A DNA stretch of 64,000 nucleotides, taken from Minisyncoccia bacterium. Lineage in GTDB: Bacteria > Patescibacteriota > Minisyncoccia > Phycocordibacterales > Phycocordibacteraceae. Under the pieces are notes generated by a model. That model made no database searches and had not been told where the DNA came from. It worked only from the letters and a program-made list of their open reading frames with translations. The stretch is taken from contig JBGPJZ010000002.1 in the NCBI GenBank assembly GCA_041485695.1, positions 1,499 through 65,498 on the forward strand. Reading direction: 5' to 3'. Positions 38,248 through 47,899 of the stretch are shown in pieces. The position numbers were made by a program, and so were the translations under genes. Position 1 is the first letter of the stretch. Every line of letters starts with the position of its first letter.

Positions 38248-38807
38248 ATATCGATGCCGCGCGTCGTCGCTGCCGACTCGATCGAGAACGAAAACGTCTG
38301 TCCTTTCCCTGCGACGGCAGTCCCTGTTATGGTCATGCGCACAAAAGGCTGCGTATAGTTCCCTGCGCCAGTCCCAGCCGAGCCGGTAAGGTAAAACGCG
38401 AGCGACGTGATGTTGACTCTCGTGTCGGTGAGCGAGAACGAGCTGCCTGCAACTGTTTCCCGGATGTAGCCATTCACCCCGCCCGCGGCCGGCACAAAGG
38501 TGTAGGTGATATTCTGACCGCCCGCATCGACGAACGAAAAGGCGGTGCCGCCCACACAGTCAGTGCCAGCAGCAAGGCATCCGTACCCCGAACCGGTACG
38601 AATCGAGCGGGTCATATTTTCAAACACGAAAGAAATATTATCGGCAGCGAGCGCTGTCGCTTGGGCATGCGCATTGAGGTCGATTATCACCAGGTACGCG
38701 CCGGCGGAAAGTGTCATAATAACTGCAAAGATGCCCACCGACACGAGAAGCTCGACGAGCGTAAAGCCCTGAGAGAGGTGGCGCTGGCGGGGGGAGGTCA
38801 TGGGCAA
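38244..38807 (-). CDS. PilW/GspJ-like minor pilin
   Basis: GFTLVELLV, MTRSIRTG. Confidence 0.85.
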   Translation of the reverse strand: MPMTSPRQRHLSQGFTLVELLVSVGIFAVIMTLSAGAYLVIIDLNAHAQATALAADNISFVFENMTRSIRTGSGYGCLAAGTDCVGGTAFSFVDAGGQNITYTFVPAAGGVNGYIRETVAGSSFSLTDTRVNITSLAFYLTGSAGTGAGNYTQPFVRMTITGTAVAGKGQTFSFSIESAATTRGIDI

Positions 38808-39484
38808 GTTGAGGTGGCAGAGATTTCGCCCACCTGATTAACGAATAGGGAGCGAGTAGCGCCCTCGGGGCTCGAGACCTTGACGCATGCCACGGTAAAG
38901 GGGACTCCGCCAGTCGTCGTCGCACCCGCCCCTACATTCCCCACTCCAAAGACCGCCGTCGTGTTGGGGCGCGTGAAGACGATTGAAAGATGCTGGGTCG
39001 AGTTCGCTCCACCGGTCTTGCAGTACGATGTGGCGGGCATAAGAGTGAAAGCGCAGAAATTGCTTATTTCCATTCTGTTATTCAGCGTGAATGTTTGCAC
39101 GAGGGAGTCAGCGCCAGAAATAAAATAGCCGTTGCCGGGGGTGCAATTGGGCCTGACGCACGCCGCCGCCGGATCGGTGTCCGCAAAAAAGACGAACGAG
39201 CCCGGGGCGGCACTGTCGAAGTCGAGGCCATACCCGGCATTGCTCACGACCCCGATCGTACGGCTCCCGATGCCGTAGATCTGGGCATTGCGAAGAGTCA
39301 GGGCGATGTCTGCGGCTGTGGTCGAAAGGAGGATCGTACGGCTAAACGAGCTCTGGCCTAGGATGACGACGATGCTTAAGACGGCGATGATGGCAGCAAC
39401 GACCACTAGTTCGACAATGGTGAACCCAGCACTCACGCGCCGAAAGCGCGAAAGAGAGAAGCGACGAGTGCGAAAGCGTCCCAT
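38798..39484 (-). CDS. FimT/GspH-like minor pilin
   Basis: GFTIVELVV, LRNAQ; start uncertain. Confidence 0.8.
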   Translation of the reverse strand: MGRFRTRRFSLSRFRRVSAGFTIVELVVVAAIIAVLSIVVILGQSSFSRTILLSTTAADIALTLRNAQIYGIGSRTIGVVSNAGYGLDFDSAAPGSFVFFADTDPAAACVRPNCTPGNGYFISGADSLVQTFTLNNRMEISNFCAFTLMPATSYCKTGGANSTQHLSIVFTRPNTTAVFGVGNVGAGATTTGGVPFTVACVKVSSPEGATRSLFVNQVGEISATSTCP

Positions 39485-40215
39485 GAGGTGAAGTGTGCGA
39501 GAAGGAAGCCGGCCGCCAGATATGGGGCGAACGGCACCTCGCTCTCTATGGTAGCGCCGAGTGCCCTTCGCGCCAATAGGATTATCCCGATAACCCCGCC
39601 GATCCAAAACGAGAAGATGAGGCCAGAGAGCGCAAGCGGCGAACCAGCAAGGAGAGCGAGCCCGAATGCTAAGGGAGCGTCGGCAAGCCCCATCGCGCGC
39701 CCGGAGGAGGCAAGGTGCACTGTCGCCAACAAGGAACCGAAAAGAAGCGCTGTACAGACAGTGAGTGCGAGTGCAATCACGGAGGGAGCTGCGGCTACCG
39801 CCACGTAGGCCGCGCAAGCTACAAATAGCCACAGGAGAGTGGGCGGCAAGATGGAATGGGCTAGGTCATAGAGTACGAGCCCGGTGAGGAGGACAAGCGC
39901 GAGCAAGAGGCCGGGGAGTACGGGCGAGAGACCGACCTTGAGGTAACTAAGTGCGAAGAGCGTCCCGAGCATCACCTCAGCGAGAGTTGATGTAGGAGAG
40001 ACTCGCACCAAGCAGGTACGGCAACGCCCGAGGGAGATGAGCCACGAGAGTATCGGGATGAGCGCTAAGGGAGAGAGCGTTACACCGCAGGCATCGCAAT
40101 GCGAGCGCCCTCGCACGAGCGGCGCGCTGGTATACAAGCGCGCCGCTATGAGCCCGATAAAGCTCGCGGAGATGGCGCCAAGTACGAAAAACAACCCCGC
40201 GGTAAGCGCAGCCAT
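39433..40215 (-). CDS. pilD: Prepilin peptidase
   Basis: RSHCDAC...GRCRTC, YD, MGLAD, VPFAPYL. Confidence 0.9.
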   Translation of the reverse strand: MAALTAGLFFVLGAISASFIGLIAARLYTSAPLVRGRSHCDACGVTLSPLALIPILSWLISLGRCRTCLVRVSPTSTLAEVMLGTLFALSYLKVGLSPVLPGLLLALVLLTGLVLYDLAHSILPPTLLWLFVACAAYVAVAAAPSVIALALTVCTALLFGSLLATVHLASSGRAMGLADAPLAFGLALLAGSPLALSGLIFSFWIGGVIGIILLARRALGATIESEVPFAPYLAAGFLLAHFTSWDAFALVASLFRAFGA

Positions 40216-40217
40216 CC

Positions 40218-40709
40218 CTAGCGCACCGTACACGGAACGCACGCGTTCCCGACAATAGGTGTCGCCAAATCTCCCGCGTTGCCATCGTTCCCACACTTGA
40301 GACCAGTCGAATCAGCGCACCAGAACTTTGAGCTTGCACCCCCTGGCCGGGTCACTGCAACGGCATATTCGGGAGCGGCCGAGATACAGAACGTGGACCC
40401 GCCTGCCGAGGCCTGGAGCGCTGCTGCAATTGCGGCCTCTACGTTCGGGTCATGAAAGACCGAGTTACCGGAGACATCACCCGGCAAGGGGCACGGAGCT
40501 GGGCTACCGCCCGCGTCGAAAGCGTCGTAGGTCTGGCCGTTGTCATAGAAGAGGGTCGCTTGGGTTGCAACCGTACTCACGTTTGCTTTTATAGCGGCGT
40601 CATCCCCCTTCCCGCGCGCGGTGTTGAGGGAGGCGAGCACAACCGCCGCAAGAATACCGATGATGGCAATCACGACGAGGAGCTCGATTAGGGTAAATCC
40701 CTTTCTCAT
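40218..40709 (-). CDS. Type IV pilin
   Basis: MRKGFTLIELLVVIAIIG; WCADSTG. Confidence 0.9.
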   Translation of the reverse strand: MRKGFTLIELLVVIAIIGILAAVVLASLNTARGKGDDAAIKANVSTVATQATLFYDNGQTYDAFDAGGSPAPCPLPGDVSGNSVFHDPNVEAAIAAALQASAGGSTFCISAAPEYAVAVTRPGGASSKFWCADSTGLKCGNDGNAGDLATPIVGNACVPCTVR

Positions 40710-40722
40710 AGGTGAGATAAAA

Positions 40723-41208
40723 TTAAGGACAAGCGGTGGCATTCGCTCCTAAATAGGTAGCCGCGGGGGACGCTTTCGAGACCCCGGCGCTGTCTACGCA
40801 CCACATATTTGCGGGATTAGATTTGAGAGGAGCCTCTGCCGCCCAGGCATTGGCAGTGGAGTGGCAGGTAACCTTCCCCGAAGCACCAGGTGTAGCGATA
40901 GCGATAACCACCGCGCCAGCATTCGTTATGCTTGCGGCGGCGCTCAGCATGTCACCAAGCGGCTTTGTCGAGCCTATGGCAGTGGTACCGCACACATCGT
41001 GCGTCGCATCAATAAAGTACTTATTGCCATTCGCGTCATAAAAGAGCTCCGCCTGCGGGCGGGTGGCTGCCATTTGGCTTTTAACTGTCGCATCGGCGCC
41101 TTTGCCGCGCGACGTATTCAAGCTCGCCAGCACTATCGCTGAAAGGACGCCGAGAATGGCAACGACGACCAGGAGTTCGATAAGGGTAAAGCCGCGTGGA
41201 AGAATCAT
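40723..41208 (-). CDS. Type IV pilin
   Basis: RGFTLIELLVVVAILG; WCVDSAG. Confidence 0.9.
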   Translation of the reverse strand: MILPRGFTLIELLVVVAILGVLSAIVLASLNTSRGKGADATVKSQMAATRPQAELFYDANGNKYFIDATHDVCGTTAIGSTKPLGDMLSAAASITNAGAVVIAIATPGASGKVTCHSTANAWAAEAPLKSNPANMWCVDSAGVSKASPAATYLGANATACP

Positions 41209-41262
41209 GTAGCTATCGTACCAGACCATTCCTGACAACGGCAAGAGAGAGCCTGGGGAGAA

Positions 41263-41290
41263 CAAAAAGACCCCTTTTGGGGTCTTTTTG
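41263..41290. terminator. Terminator downstream of the probable major pilin
   Basis: CAAAAAGACCCC-TTTT-GGGGTCTTTTTG. Confidence 0.8.
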
Positions 41291-41310
41291 CTCCAAAAGA
41301 AAGACGGACT

Positions 41311-41778
41311 TTAGATACAAGCGGTGGCAGCCGCAAGCATATACGTACCTTCAGCCTTTGAAGCTCCGGTGCTATCAACGCACCACATACCGCCGGCCTT
41401 AATTGGAGCATCTACTACCCACGCCGATACAGGAGCGGCGGCCGTGTCGTGACAGGTAACCTGCGTCAGAGTACCTACTTGGGAAGGCGGGTTAGCTGAA
41501 GACAGCAAGTTTGTAGTAGCACCTGACGACGAGGCGGCTGCAGTGCGCATGTTTGAGAAACTGGCTGATGCGCAAAGACCGTTATATGTTGTGCCGTTAT
41601 CGTAGAAGATTTCAGCCGCCGCACGCATACTTGCCAACTGGCTCTTGGTCGCGGCGTCAGCACCCTTGTTACGGGCGGTGTTCAAGGAGGCCAAGACGAC
41701 GGAAGAAAGAATCCCAATAATGGCAATGACGACGAGAAGTTCAATAAGCGTGAAGCCGCGTGAGCGAATGTGTTGCAT
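41311..41778 (-). CDS. Type IV pilin (probable major pilin: own terminator)
   Basis: RGFTLIELLVVIAIIG; WCVDSTG. Confidence 0.9.
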   Translation of the reverse strand: MQHIRSRGFTLIELLVVIAIIGILSSVVLASLNTARNKGADAATKSQLASMRAAAEIFYDNGTTYNGLCASASFSNMRTAAASSSGATTNLLSSANPPSQVGTLTQVTCHDTAAAPVSAWVVDAPIKAGGMWCVDSTGASKAEGTYMLAAATACI

Positions 41779-41872
41779 AGTAAATCTATTGGTTAATGGA
41801 CGTAGTATACGCTACCTAGAGGGAGAGCAATACTGGGGTGTGGATATCCCTCTGCCTAGGGGGACAGGCCGC

Positions 41873-43078
41873 TTAGATAGCGCCTGCCATGTTGTAAATT
41901 GGCATAAGGATGGCAGCGAGGAGTGTACCGACCCCGAGGCCGAGGAGGACGATCATGAGGGGCTCGATAAGCCCAATCAGGGTATCGACCGCGTTGCTTA
42001 CTTCGCGATTGTAAAACTTGGCGAGGGTGATGAGTATTTTGCCGAGCTCGCCCGTCTCCTCCCCCACGCGCACCATGGCGACCATGATGCCCGGGATCTC
42101 TCCGTGGCGCGAGAGTGCGTCAGAAATGGCTGCCCCGCCCTTCACCGCCTCGGCAACCTCTTTGAGGATTTTGCTGTAGACAGAGTTCCCCACCACTGAA
42201 GCCGTGATGTCGAGCGCCTCTACGACAGGGACCCCGGAGATAAGCATAGTGGAGAAGTTGTCGGCGATGCGCGCGAGGAACAGCTTGTGGTAGAGGTCAC
42301 CCACGTACGGCACCCCGAGCTCTAAGGAGTCGAGGATGTACTTCCCGCCTGGGGTGCGTGAAAGCTGGAAGCCATAGGCGACGACCGCAAGAATCGCTAT
42401 CAAAACGAAAACGCCATAATGGAGGAAGAAATCCGAGAGCGCAATCACAATCCTGGTATAGATGGGCAGCTCTTGGCCAGAATCGAGCAATATCGTGGAG
42501 ATCTGCGGTACGACGTAGGTAAGCATGAGTATCATCACTGCGATAAAGACGCAGATGACGAAGGCTGGGTAGATGAGCGCGTTCTTAGCCTTCGTGACGA
42601 CCTCGTAGGTACGGTCGAGATAATCGGCAAGGTACCCGAAGGTTTCAGAGAGCTTGCCCGACTCTTCGCCGGCACGCACCATATTGACGTAAAAGGCGCT
42701 AAAGGCCGCCGGGTGCTTTGAGAGCGCCTTGCTGATGGGGCTCCCGCCCTGGAGATCGTCGGCAACTGAGGAAAGGATGCTCGCGAGGCGCTTATTCCCT
42801 ACCTCGCTTGCGAGGAGGCGAAAAACGCGTAGCGCCGAGACCTGCGCCTCGAAAAGGGTGGCTATTTGGCGTGAAAGGATGACGACGTCTTTGTTCTTGA
42901 TATGGGTGAAGATGTTTATCTCAAACGAGAGTCCGGCCTTCTTTTCGGGGGTGCTGATCGCAGAGATGACGAGGCCGCGACGCTGGAGCGCCGTCACCGC
43001 AACCTCTTGCGAGAGGGCCTCGATAGTGCCCTGCCGCTCGTGGCCGTCTTGGTCGATGGCTCGATACGTAAACAGCAT
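41873..43078 (-). CDS. pilC: Type IV pilus platform protein PilC/GspF
   Basis: AGEESGKL, ALIYP, VGEETGEL, LIEP. Confidence 0.93.
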   Translation of the reverse strand: MLFTYRAIDQDGHERQGTIEALSQEVAVTALQRRGLVISAISTPEKKAGLSFEINIFTHIKNKDVVILSRQIATLFEAQVSALRVFRLLASEVGNKRLASILSSVADDLQGGSPISKALSKHPAAFSAFYVNMVRAGEESGKLSETFGYLADYLDRTYEVVTKAKNALIYPAFVICVFIAVMILMLTYVVPQISTILLDSGQELPIYTRIVIALSDFFLHYGVFVLIAILAVVAYGFQLSRTPGGKYILDSLELGVPYVGDLYHKLFLARIADNFSTMLISGVPVVEALDITASVVGNSVYSKILKEVAEAVKGGAAISDALSRHGEIPGIMVAMVRVGEETGELGKILITLAKFYNREVSNAVDTLIGLIEPLMIVLLGLGVGTLLAAILMPIYNMAGAI

Positions 43079-43080
43079 AG

Positions 43081-44139
43081 CTAGAGATAGCGCTCGAAGG
43101 TCTTGGGGTCGAGCGCGTGAAGCACGGCTTCTTCAGCCGCAACCTCTCCGCGGCGCACGAGCTCTGCAAGCGAGCGGTCCATATCGATCATCCCCTCTTG
43201 CGAGGAGGTCTGGATGACGGCTGTAATCTCGTGCGTCCTGGCCTCGCGGATGAGGTTGGAGACCGCATTGTTGTTGATGAGGAGCTCGTAGGCCGGGATA
43301 AGCCCGCCCGAGATGCGCTGCACCAACCGCTGGGAGAAGATGCCCGCCATGGAGCCAGCGAGCTGGACCCGTACTTGTGCCTGCTGCTCGGCCGGGAACA
43401 TGTCGATGATGCGGTCGATGGTCTGCGCTGCGTTATTGGTGTGCAGGGTGGAGAAGACGAGATGCCCTGTCTCTGCGGCGGTCACCGCCGCAGAGATAGT
43501 CTCATAATCGCGCATCTCACCGACCATGAGCACGTCAACGTCTTCGCGAAATGCCACTTGGAGCGCCGCATGGAAATCTTCCGCATCGATATGCACCTCG
43601 CGCTGGTGAATAAGCGATTTCTTGGGCGTGAAGAGGTACTCAATCGGGTCTTCAATCGTGAGGATGTGCTCCCCGCGACTCTCATTGATACGTTCGATCA
43701 TCGCGGCCAAGGTCGTCGACTTGCCCTGCCCTACCGGCCCCACGACGAGAAAGAACCCCTGCGGTCTGCCAGCAAATGTCTCAAGGATGGGCGGAAGGTT
43801 GAGTTCGGTAAGCGTACGTATCTTAGCCGGGATAAGGCGCATGGCTATCACCGTTACTCCTTGAGCCCTATACCCATTCACTCGAAAGCGTCCATCCTCT
43901 TTGTGGGCATATGAGAAATCGACGCTCTGGTTCTTCTCGAACACTTCCCATCTGCTCGATGGGACGATGTTTTTCAAGATTTGCTCGGTTTGCAAGGGTG
44001 TTAAGACTTCGTGAGTCGAGAGCGGGATGAGCTTCCCCGATACGCGAATGACGGGCGGGGATCCGGGCGAGAGATGGAGATCGGAGCCGTCCTGCGAGAT
44101 GACAGCGTCTAGAAGGTCGGCGAGGCGGATATCGGCCAT
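43081..44139 (-). CDS. pilT: Pilus retraction ATPase PilT
   Basis: Start MADIRL; SDLHL, GPVGQGKSTT, TIEDPIE, AAETGHLVFSTLHT. Confidence 0.93.
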   Translation of the reverse strand: MADIRLADLLDAVISQDGSDLHLSPGSPPVIRVSGKLIPLSTHEVLTPLQTEQILKNIVPSSRWEVFEKNQSVDFSYAHKEDGRFRVNGYRAQGVTVIAMRLIPAKIRTLTELNLPPILETFAGRPQGFFLVVGPVGQGKSTTLAAMIERINESRGEHILTIEDPIEYLFTPKKSLIHQREVHIDAEDFHAALQVAFREDVDVLMVGEMRDYETISAAVTAAETGHLVFSTLHTNNAAQTIDRIIDMFPAEQQAQVRVQLAGSMAGIFSQRLVQRISGGLIPAYELLINNNAVSNLIREARTHEITAVIQTSSQEGMIDMDRSLAELVRRGEVAAEEAVLHALDPKTFERYL

Positions 44140-44140
44140 A

Positions 44141-44527
44141 CTAGGAGCGAGTCTTTTCGATGGTCGCGACCGTCTCTGCAAGCACCTCGGACGGGATTGC
44201 GGACGCTTTAACGATGTAACCAACGGCTCCGAGCGCCTTTGCCTTCTCGAGGTCAGACTCCTGCCCCTGGTTCGAGAGGATGATGATGCGCGCCTTCTCG
44301 GCGAGGTGCTCTTTGCGTATCGTTTCAAGGACTGCGAAGCCATCGATGCCCGGCATGATGAGATCGAGGAGTATGGCATCCGGTTCAGCCTCCTTTTTGC
44401 GAAGTACGGCGAGGAGTTCATCGCCTCCGGAGAACGTGAGCACCTCGTGGCCCGCATTCTTGAATTTCACTGCGTAGAGGTCGAGAAGGAATCGGTCATC
44501 GTCTGTGAGGTAGATGCGATAGGCCAT
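44141..44527 (-). CDS. Single-domain response regulator (receiver)
   Basis: TDDD, LLDLIMPGIDG, LSN, YIVK. Confidence 0.9.
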   Translation of the reverse strand: MAYRIYLTDDDRFLLDLYAVKFKNAGHEVLTFSGGDELLAVLRKKEAEPDAILLDLIMPGIDGFAVLETIRKEHLAEKARIIILSNQGQESDLEKAKALGAVGYIVKASAIPSEVLAETVATIEKTRS

Positions 44528-44549
44528 AGTAAGGGTACGTAAATAGTGG

Positions 44550-46340
44550 TCAATACTCGTCTTCCGGGAAGAGTTCGCCGCCTAAGGTATTCACCTCCTC
44601 AAACGGAATCTCGCCAGCGAGTGCTCTCATGATAGCATCCTCGCGCATGGTGAGCATGCCGTCTTCGCGCGCCGCCGCGTAGACCCGCTCCTCAATCGGT
44701 TCCTTGAGGAGTATCTGCTCGAGCTTCTTGTTCATCCGCAGTATTTCATACACGGCGGTGCGGCCGCGCACCCCAAGAGGACAATCCTCGGTGGGCATCG
44801 CGTGATAAAACTCCTTCAAGGGCGGGAGCCCCCGGCGATACTGTTCAGGCAGATCGGCGAACTCTTTCTCGATAAGCATGCGGATGCTGTCTTTGATGGC
44901 AAACGGCTTCCCGGCTCCGTCGCACAATTTCTTCACGAGACGCTGGCCAATAACCGCAATTAAGGTCGGTGCAATCAGGTAGGGGTCGACTCCCATGTCG
45001 ACCAAGCGCGGGATGGCGCCTGCGGCGGTATTGGTGTGGATAGTTGAGAAGACGAGGTGGCCGGTAAGCGCAGCTTGCACCGCAAGCTGCGCTGTCTCCT
45101 TATCGCGTATCTCACCCACCATGATGACGTCCGGGTCTTGGCGGAGGATGGAACGAAGACCCGAAGCGAAGGTGTATCCTATTTCTGGACGCGTTTGCGA
45201 TTGCGAGACGCCGGGGATCTGGTACTCAACAGGGTCTTCAAGCGAAACGACGTTCATACGCTCGCGGTCGATCTCCGAGAGCATGGCGAACAAGGTCGTC
45301 GACTTGCCCGACCCAGTAGGGCCTGCAATGAGCACGATGCCGTACGCACTTTTAAGCATCTCGCGTATGCTTGCGAGCTTGTCACCCCGAAGCCCTACCG
45401 TCTCTAGGGTTGTGGTCGCCGCGGTCTGATCGAGGATGCGCATCTCTACTTTTTCTCCGTACTCGGTCGGGAAGGTGGAGACACGGAAGTCGATGCGGCG
45501 CCGCTTCTCTACCATCGCCGAAAAGCGGCCGTCTTGCGGTTTTCTCCTCTCGTCAAGCCGGAGCTGCGAAAGGATCTTGATGCGGGCGACGACGGCCTCA
45601 TGCACCTTTGCCGGCAGCTCAAGCGAGGTATGGAGCTCTCCGTCCATGCGGAAACGCACGCGCGTCTTCTCCGGAGTGGGCTCAATATGGATATCGCTCG
45701 CCTTGCCCTCAATGGCGTATCGCAAGATGGTTGAGACGATCTTGGTCACCGGCGCATCCTCCTTGAGCTTCCCCATAGTCGCGCTGCCCGAGAGATCGAG
45801 CGTCGCTTCGCTTTCTGCAACTGCCGCCGCTACGGCTTTTTTCTCCTCCTTCGCATCGGTCGATGAAGCACGGCTCACGGTCTCGAATTCAGAGAGCGCG
45901 GCGCCTACCTCGCCCGAAAGGTTCTTATACGCATCGATGACACGGTCGAAATCCGAAGGCGATATGAGGAAGAGCTTGTAGGGCATCCCGACTTTGGTCG
46001 AGATGAACTGCAAGGCATCCAATGCCTCGATATTATCTGGATCGACGATGCCTACCTCGAGAGCTCCGTTGTCTATCCGAAGCGGAGCGAACTCGTAGTG
46101 GCGTGCCGATTCCTCGGGAATATAGCCAAGCGCATCCTGGTCGACGGGCGGTTCACCGAGTACGCGACCCGGGATGCCGTATTCTTCACCGGCAATCCGG
46201 AGCGCATCGGCGAGCGCAACCCCATGCTCGTTCAAGACGTCTTCGAGCGAACGCTTCTGCTTAGAAATCGCAGCCTCCATGCTCGCACGATCTTTGGCTG
46301 AGATGAGACCCTTTTCTTCGATGAGGGCGAGGAGGTTCAT
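44550..46340 (-). CDS. pilB: Pilus assembly ATPase PilB/GspE
   Basis: ASDIHIEP, GPTGSGKSTT, LRQDPD, LTGHLVFSTIHTN. Confidence 0.94.
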   Translation of the reverse strand: MNLLALIEEKGLISAKDRASMEAAISKQKRSLEDVLNEHGVALADALRIAGEEYGIPGRVLGEPPVDQDALGYIPEESARHYEFAPLRIDNGALEVGIVDPDNIEALDALQFISTKVGMPYKLFLISPSDFDRVIDAYKNLSGEVGAALSEFETVSRASSTDAKEEKKAVAAAVAESEATLDLSGSATMGKLKEDAPVTKIVSTILRYAIEGKASDIHIEPTPEKTRVRFRMDGELHTSLELPAKVHEAVVARIKILSQLRLDERRKPQDGRFSAMVEKRRRIDFRVSTFPTEYGEKVEMRILDQTAATTTLETVGLRGDKLASIREMLKSAYGIVLIAGPTGSGKSTTLFAMLSEIDRERMNVVSLEDPVEYQIPGVSQSQTRPEIGYTFASGLRSILRQDPDVIMVGEIRDKETAQLAVQAALTGHLVFSTIHTNTAAGAIPRLVDMGVDPYLIAPTLIAVIGQRLVKKLCDGAGKPFAIKDSIRMLIEKEFADLPEQYRRGLPPLKEFYHAMPTEDCPLGVRGRTAVYEILRMNKKLEQILLKEPIEERVYAAAREDGMLTMREDAIMRALAGEIPFEEVNTLGGELFPEDEY

Positions 46341-46358
46341 GACGGTCCTCGATCTGGA

Positions 46359-46640
46359 TTAGTGGCCAATCGGTGCAAACGGGTCTTTGCGCCCCTTATT
46401 CTCAGGAGCAATCGGGGTCGCCGGATTCGTCAGAGACAGGAGGCGGGGATCGGAAAAGATGCTCGTGTCAAAAGAGATGGAGCTTAATTTCCCCGAAAGG
46501 TCAATGAACTGCTGCTCAGCGGGGCTCACAGGTTCCGAAGCGGTCAAGGGCTCGCTCGGAGGCGTACCTGTGAAAAAATACCAATAGCCGCCGATAAGGA
46601 GTAGCACCGCCGCGAGAAAGAAAAGGGGAGTTCTGGTCAT
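46359..46640 (-). CDS. Small pilus-associated protein (PilP position)
   Basis: N-terminal TM, GRKDPFAP C-terminus. Confidence 0.7.
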   Translation of the reverse strand: MTRTPLFFLAAVLLLIGGYWYFFTGTPPSEPLTASEPVSPAEQQFIDLSGKLSSISFDTSIFSDPRLLSLTNPATPIAPENKGRKDPFAPIGH

Positions 46641-46650
46641 AATGTAGTCA

Positions 46651-47190
46651 TTAGCGGAGCCAATAGAGGCGCACCGTCATGTCGTAGCCGTACACGCCGG
46701 TATCGGAGCCTTTCACAGTGAGGTTCGTGACATCGAGCAGACGCGTGCTGTGTTCGATGCCTGTTATGAAGGTCCGGAATGCTTGATAGCTCCCGGTCGC
46801 TGAAAACGTCATATCGATCGAACCCACCTCGGTGGGTGGGGTTGTGACGTCACCCGCGCCTTGCGTCGGCTGGGGGACGCTTATGCTTGAAATCTGCACG
46901 CCTGAACGCGCGGCGAGAGCGGTGAGGCTAAGAATGGCACTTACGTTGTCGACCGAGCTTGGGAGCAAGGTCTCGAGACGCGCAATGTCTTCCGGCGTTA
47001 TGCGGTTCTTTTCCTCGGCAAGCGTTTTTTGCTTATCCCCGAAACTGGCGGCGGCATTAAGCGCTAACTGCTCGCGCGCGATGGTCGCTTGAATCGTGGT
47101 AACAGGGCCGGAGTAGGTAGGACTTATGTAGATGAAAAAAACTACGAAGGCTAGCACCAGTCCGGCAGCGGGTAGCATCCGGTTCATCAT
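46651..47190 (-). CDS. pilO: PilO-like alignment protein
   Basis: TM, LLP, GSYQAFRTFI..IE..RLLDV. Confidence 0.82.
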   Translation of the reverse strand: MMNRMLPAAGLVLAFVVFFIYISPTYSGPVTTIQATIAREQLALNAAASFGDKQKTLAEEKNRITPEDIARLETLLPSSVDNVSAILSLTALAARSGVQISSISVPQPTQGAGDVTTPPTEVGSIDMTFSATGSYQAFRTFITGIEHSTRLLDVTNLTVKGSDTGVYGYDMTVRLYWLR

Positions 47191-47840
47191 GGCGTTTGGG
47201 ATGCTGAAGTCGTGGCGGTGGCTCCTGCGGACGGCAGCGACCCGGACGCGTCAGCAGCGCTACTTACCGAAAACGTGGTCAGGCTCTGGTCGAGATTGGC
47301 AGTAAGTGAAAACGAGACTTCCCCGTTCTTACCGATGCCGAGACCTGAAAATACGGCGTTCTTAATCTGGCTCTCTCTGCCTAGTGCGTCTGAAAATACG
47401 GCAAGGGCGTTGAAACTTGCTGCCGAACCTGTCGAGGACAGAACCGCGGTGTGGGCGTCGCTCGTCAAGATAGAAATCGAAGTAAGACGTACGGTCGTTG
47501 GCGCAAGGGACGCGATGAGGTCGAAGGCCTTCGAAAATATGAGGTGCCCGCTCAGAAGCCGCTTGCCCTCAGAGAGGTGGGTGTTAAGGCGGATAAAACT
47601 CTCCACCGTAGACGTATCGATCGACGTCTCGGCTTTTTGAAGATCGGCTTGCTTCGCTGCCTCTACGGTGCCGAGATACCAGTTGTAGGCGAATAGACCG
47701 CCTGCCGCGAGTAGCGCGAGGACAAAAGCCCCGTAGCCCAAGAATGCAAACGCGCCGCCAAAGTCAAAAGCGCTGTTCTTAAATGATAAAGACCCCGAGC
47801 GAGGCACGAACGAGGTCGGCACCGTAGGAGGAACTGCCAT
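47187..47840 (-). CDS. PilN-like alignment protein
   Basis: PTSFVP N-terminus, TM, between pilM and pilO. Confidence 0.72.
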   Translation of the reverse strand: MAVPPTVPTSFVPRSGSLSFKNSAFDFGGAFAFLGYGAFVLALLAAGGLFAYNWYLGTVEAAKQADLQKAETSIDTSTVESFIRLNTHLSEGKRLLSGHLIFSKAFDLIASLAPTTVRLTSISILTSDAHTAVLSSTGSAASFNALAVFSDALGRESQIKNAVFSGLGIGKNGEVSFSLTANLDQSLTTFSVSSAADASGSLPSAGATATTSASQTP

Positions 47841-47899
47841 AGTCAAAGTATACGGCACACACGCCACGCTTGGGCGGAGTGCGTGTGCATAAAGATGCG

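Noticed and set aside
43081-44457. Apparent 458-aa PilT with long N-terminal extension
   Set aside because: The extension overlaps the response regulator in another frame; the real start is at 44139
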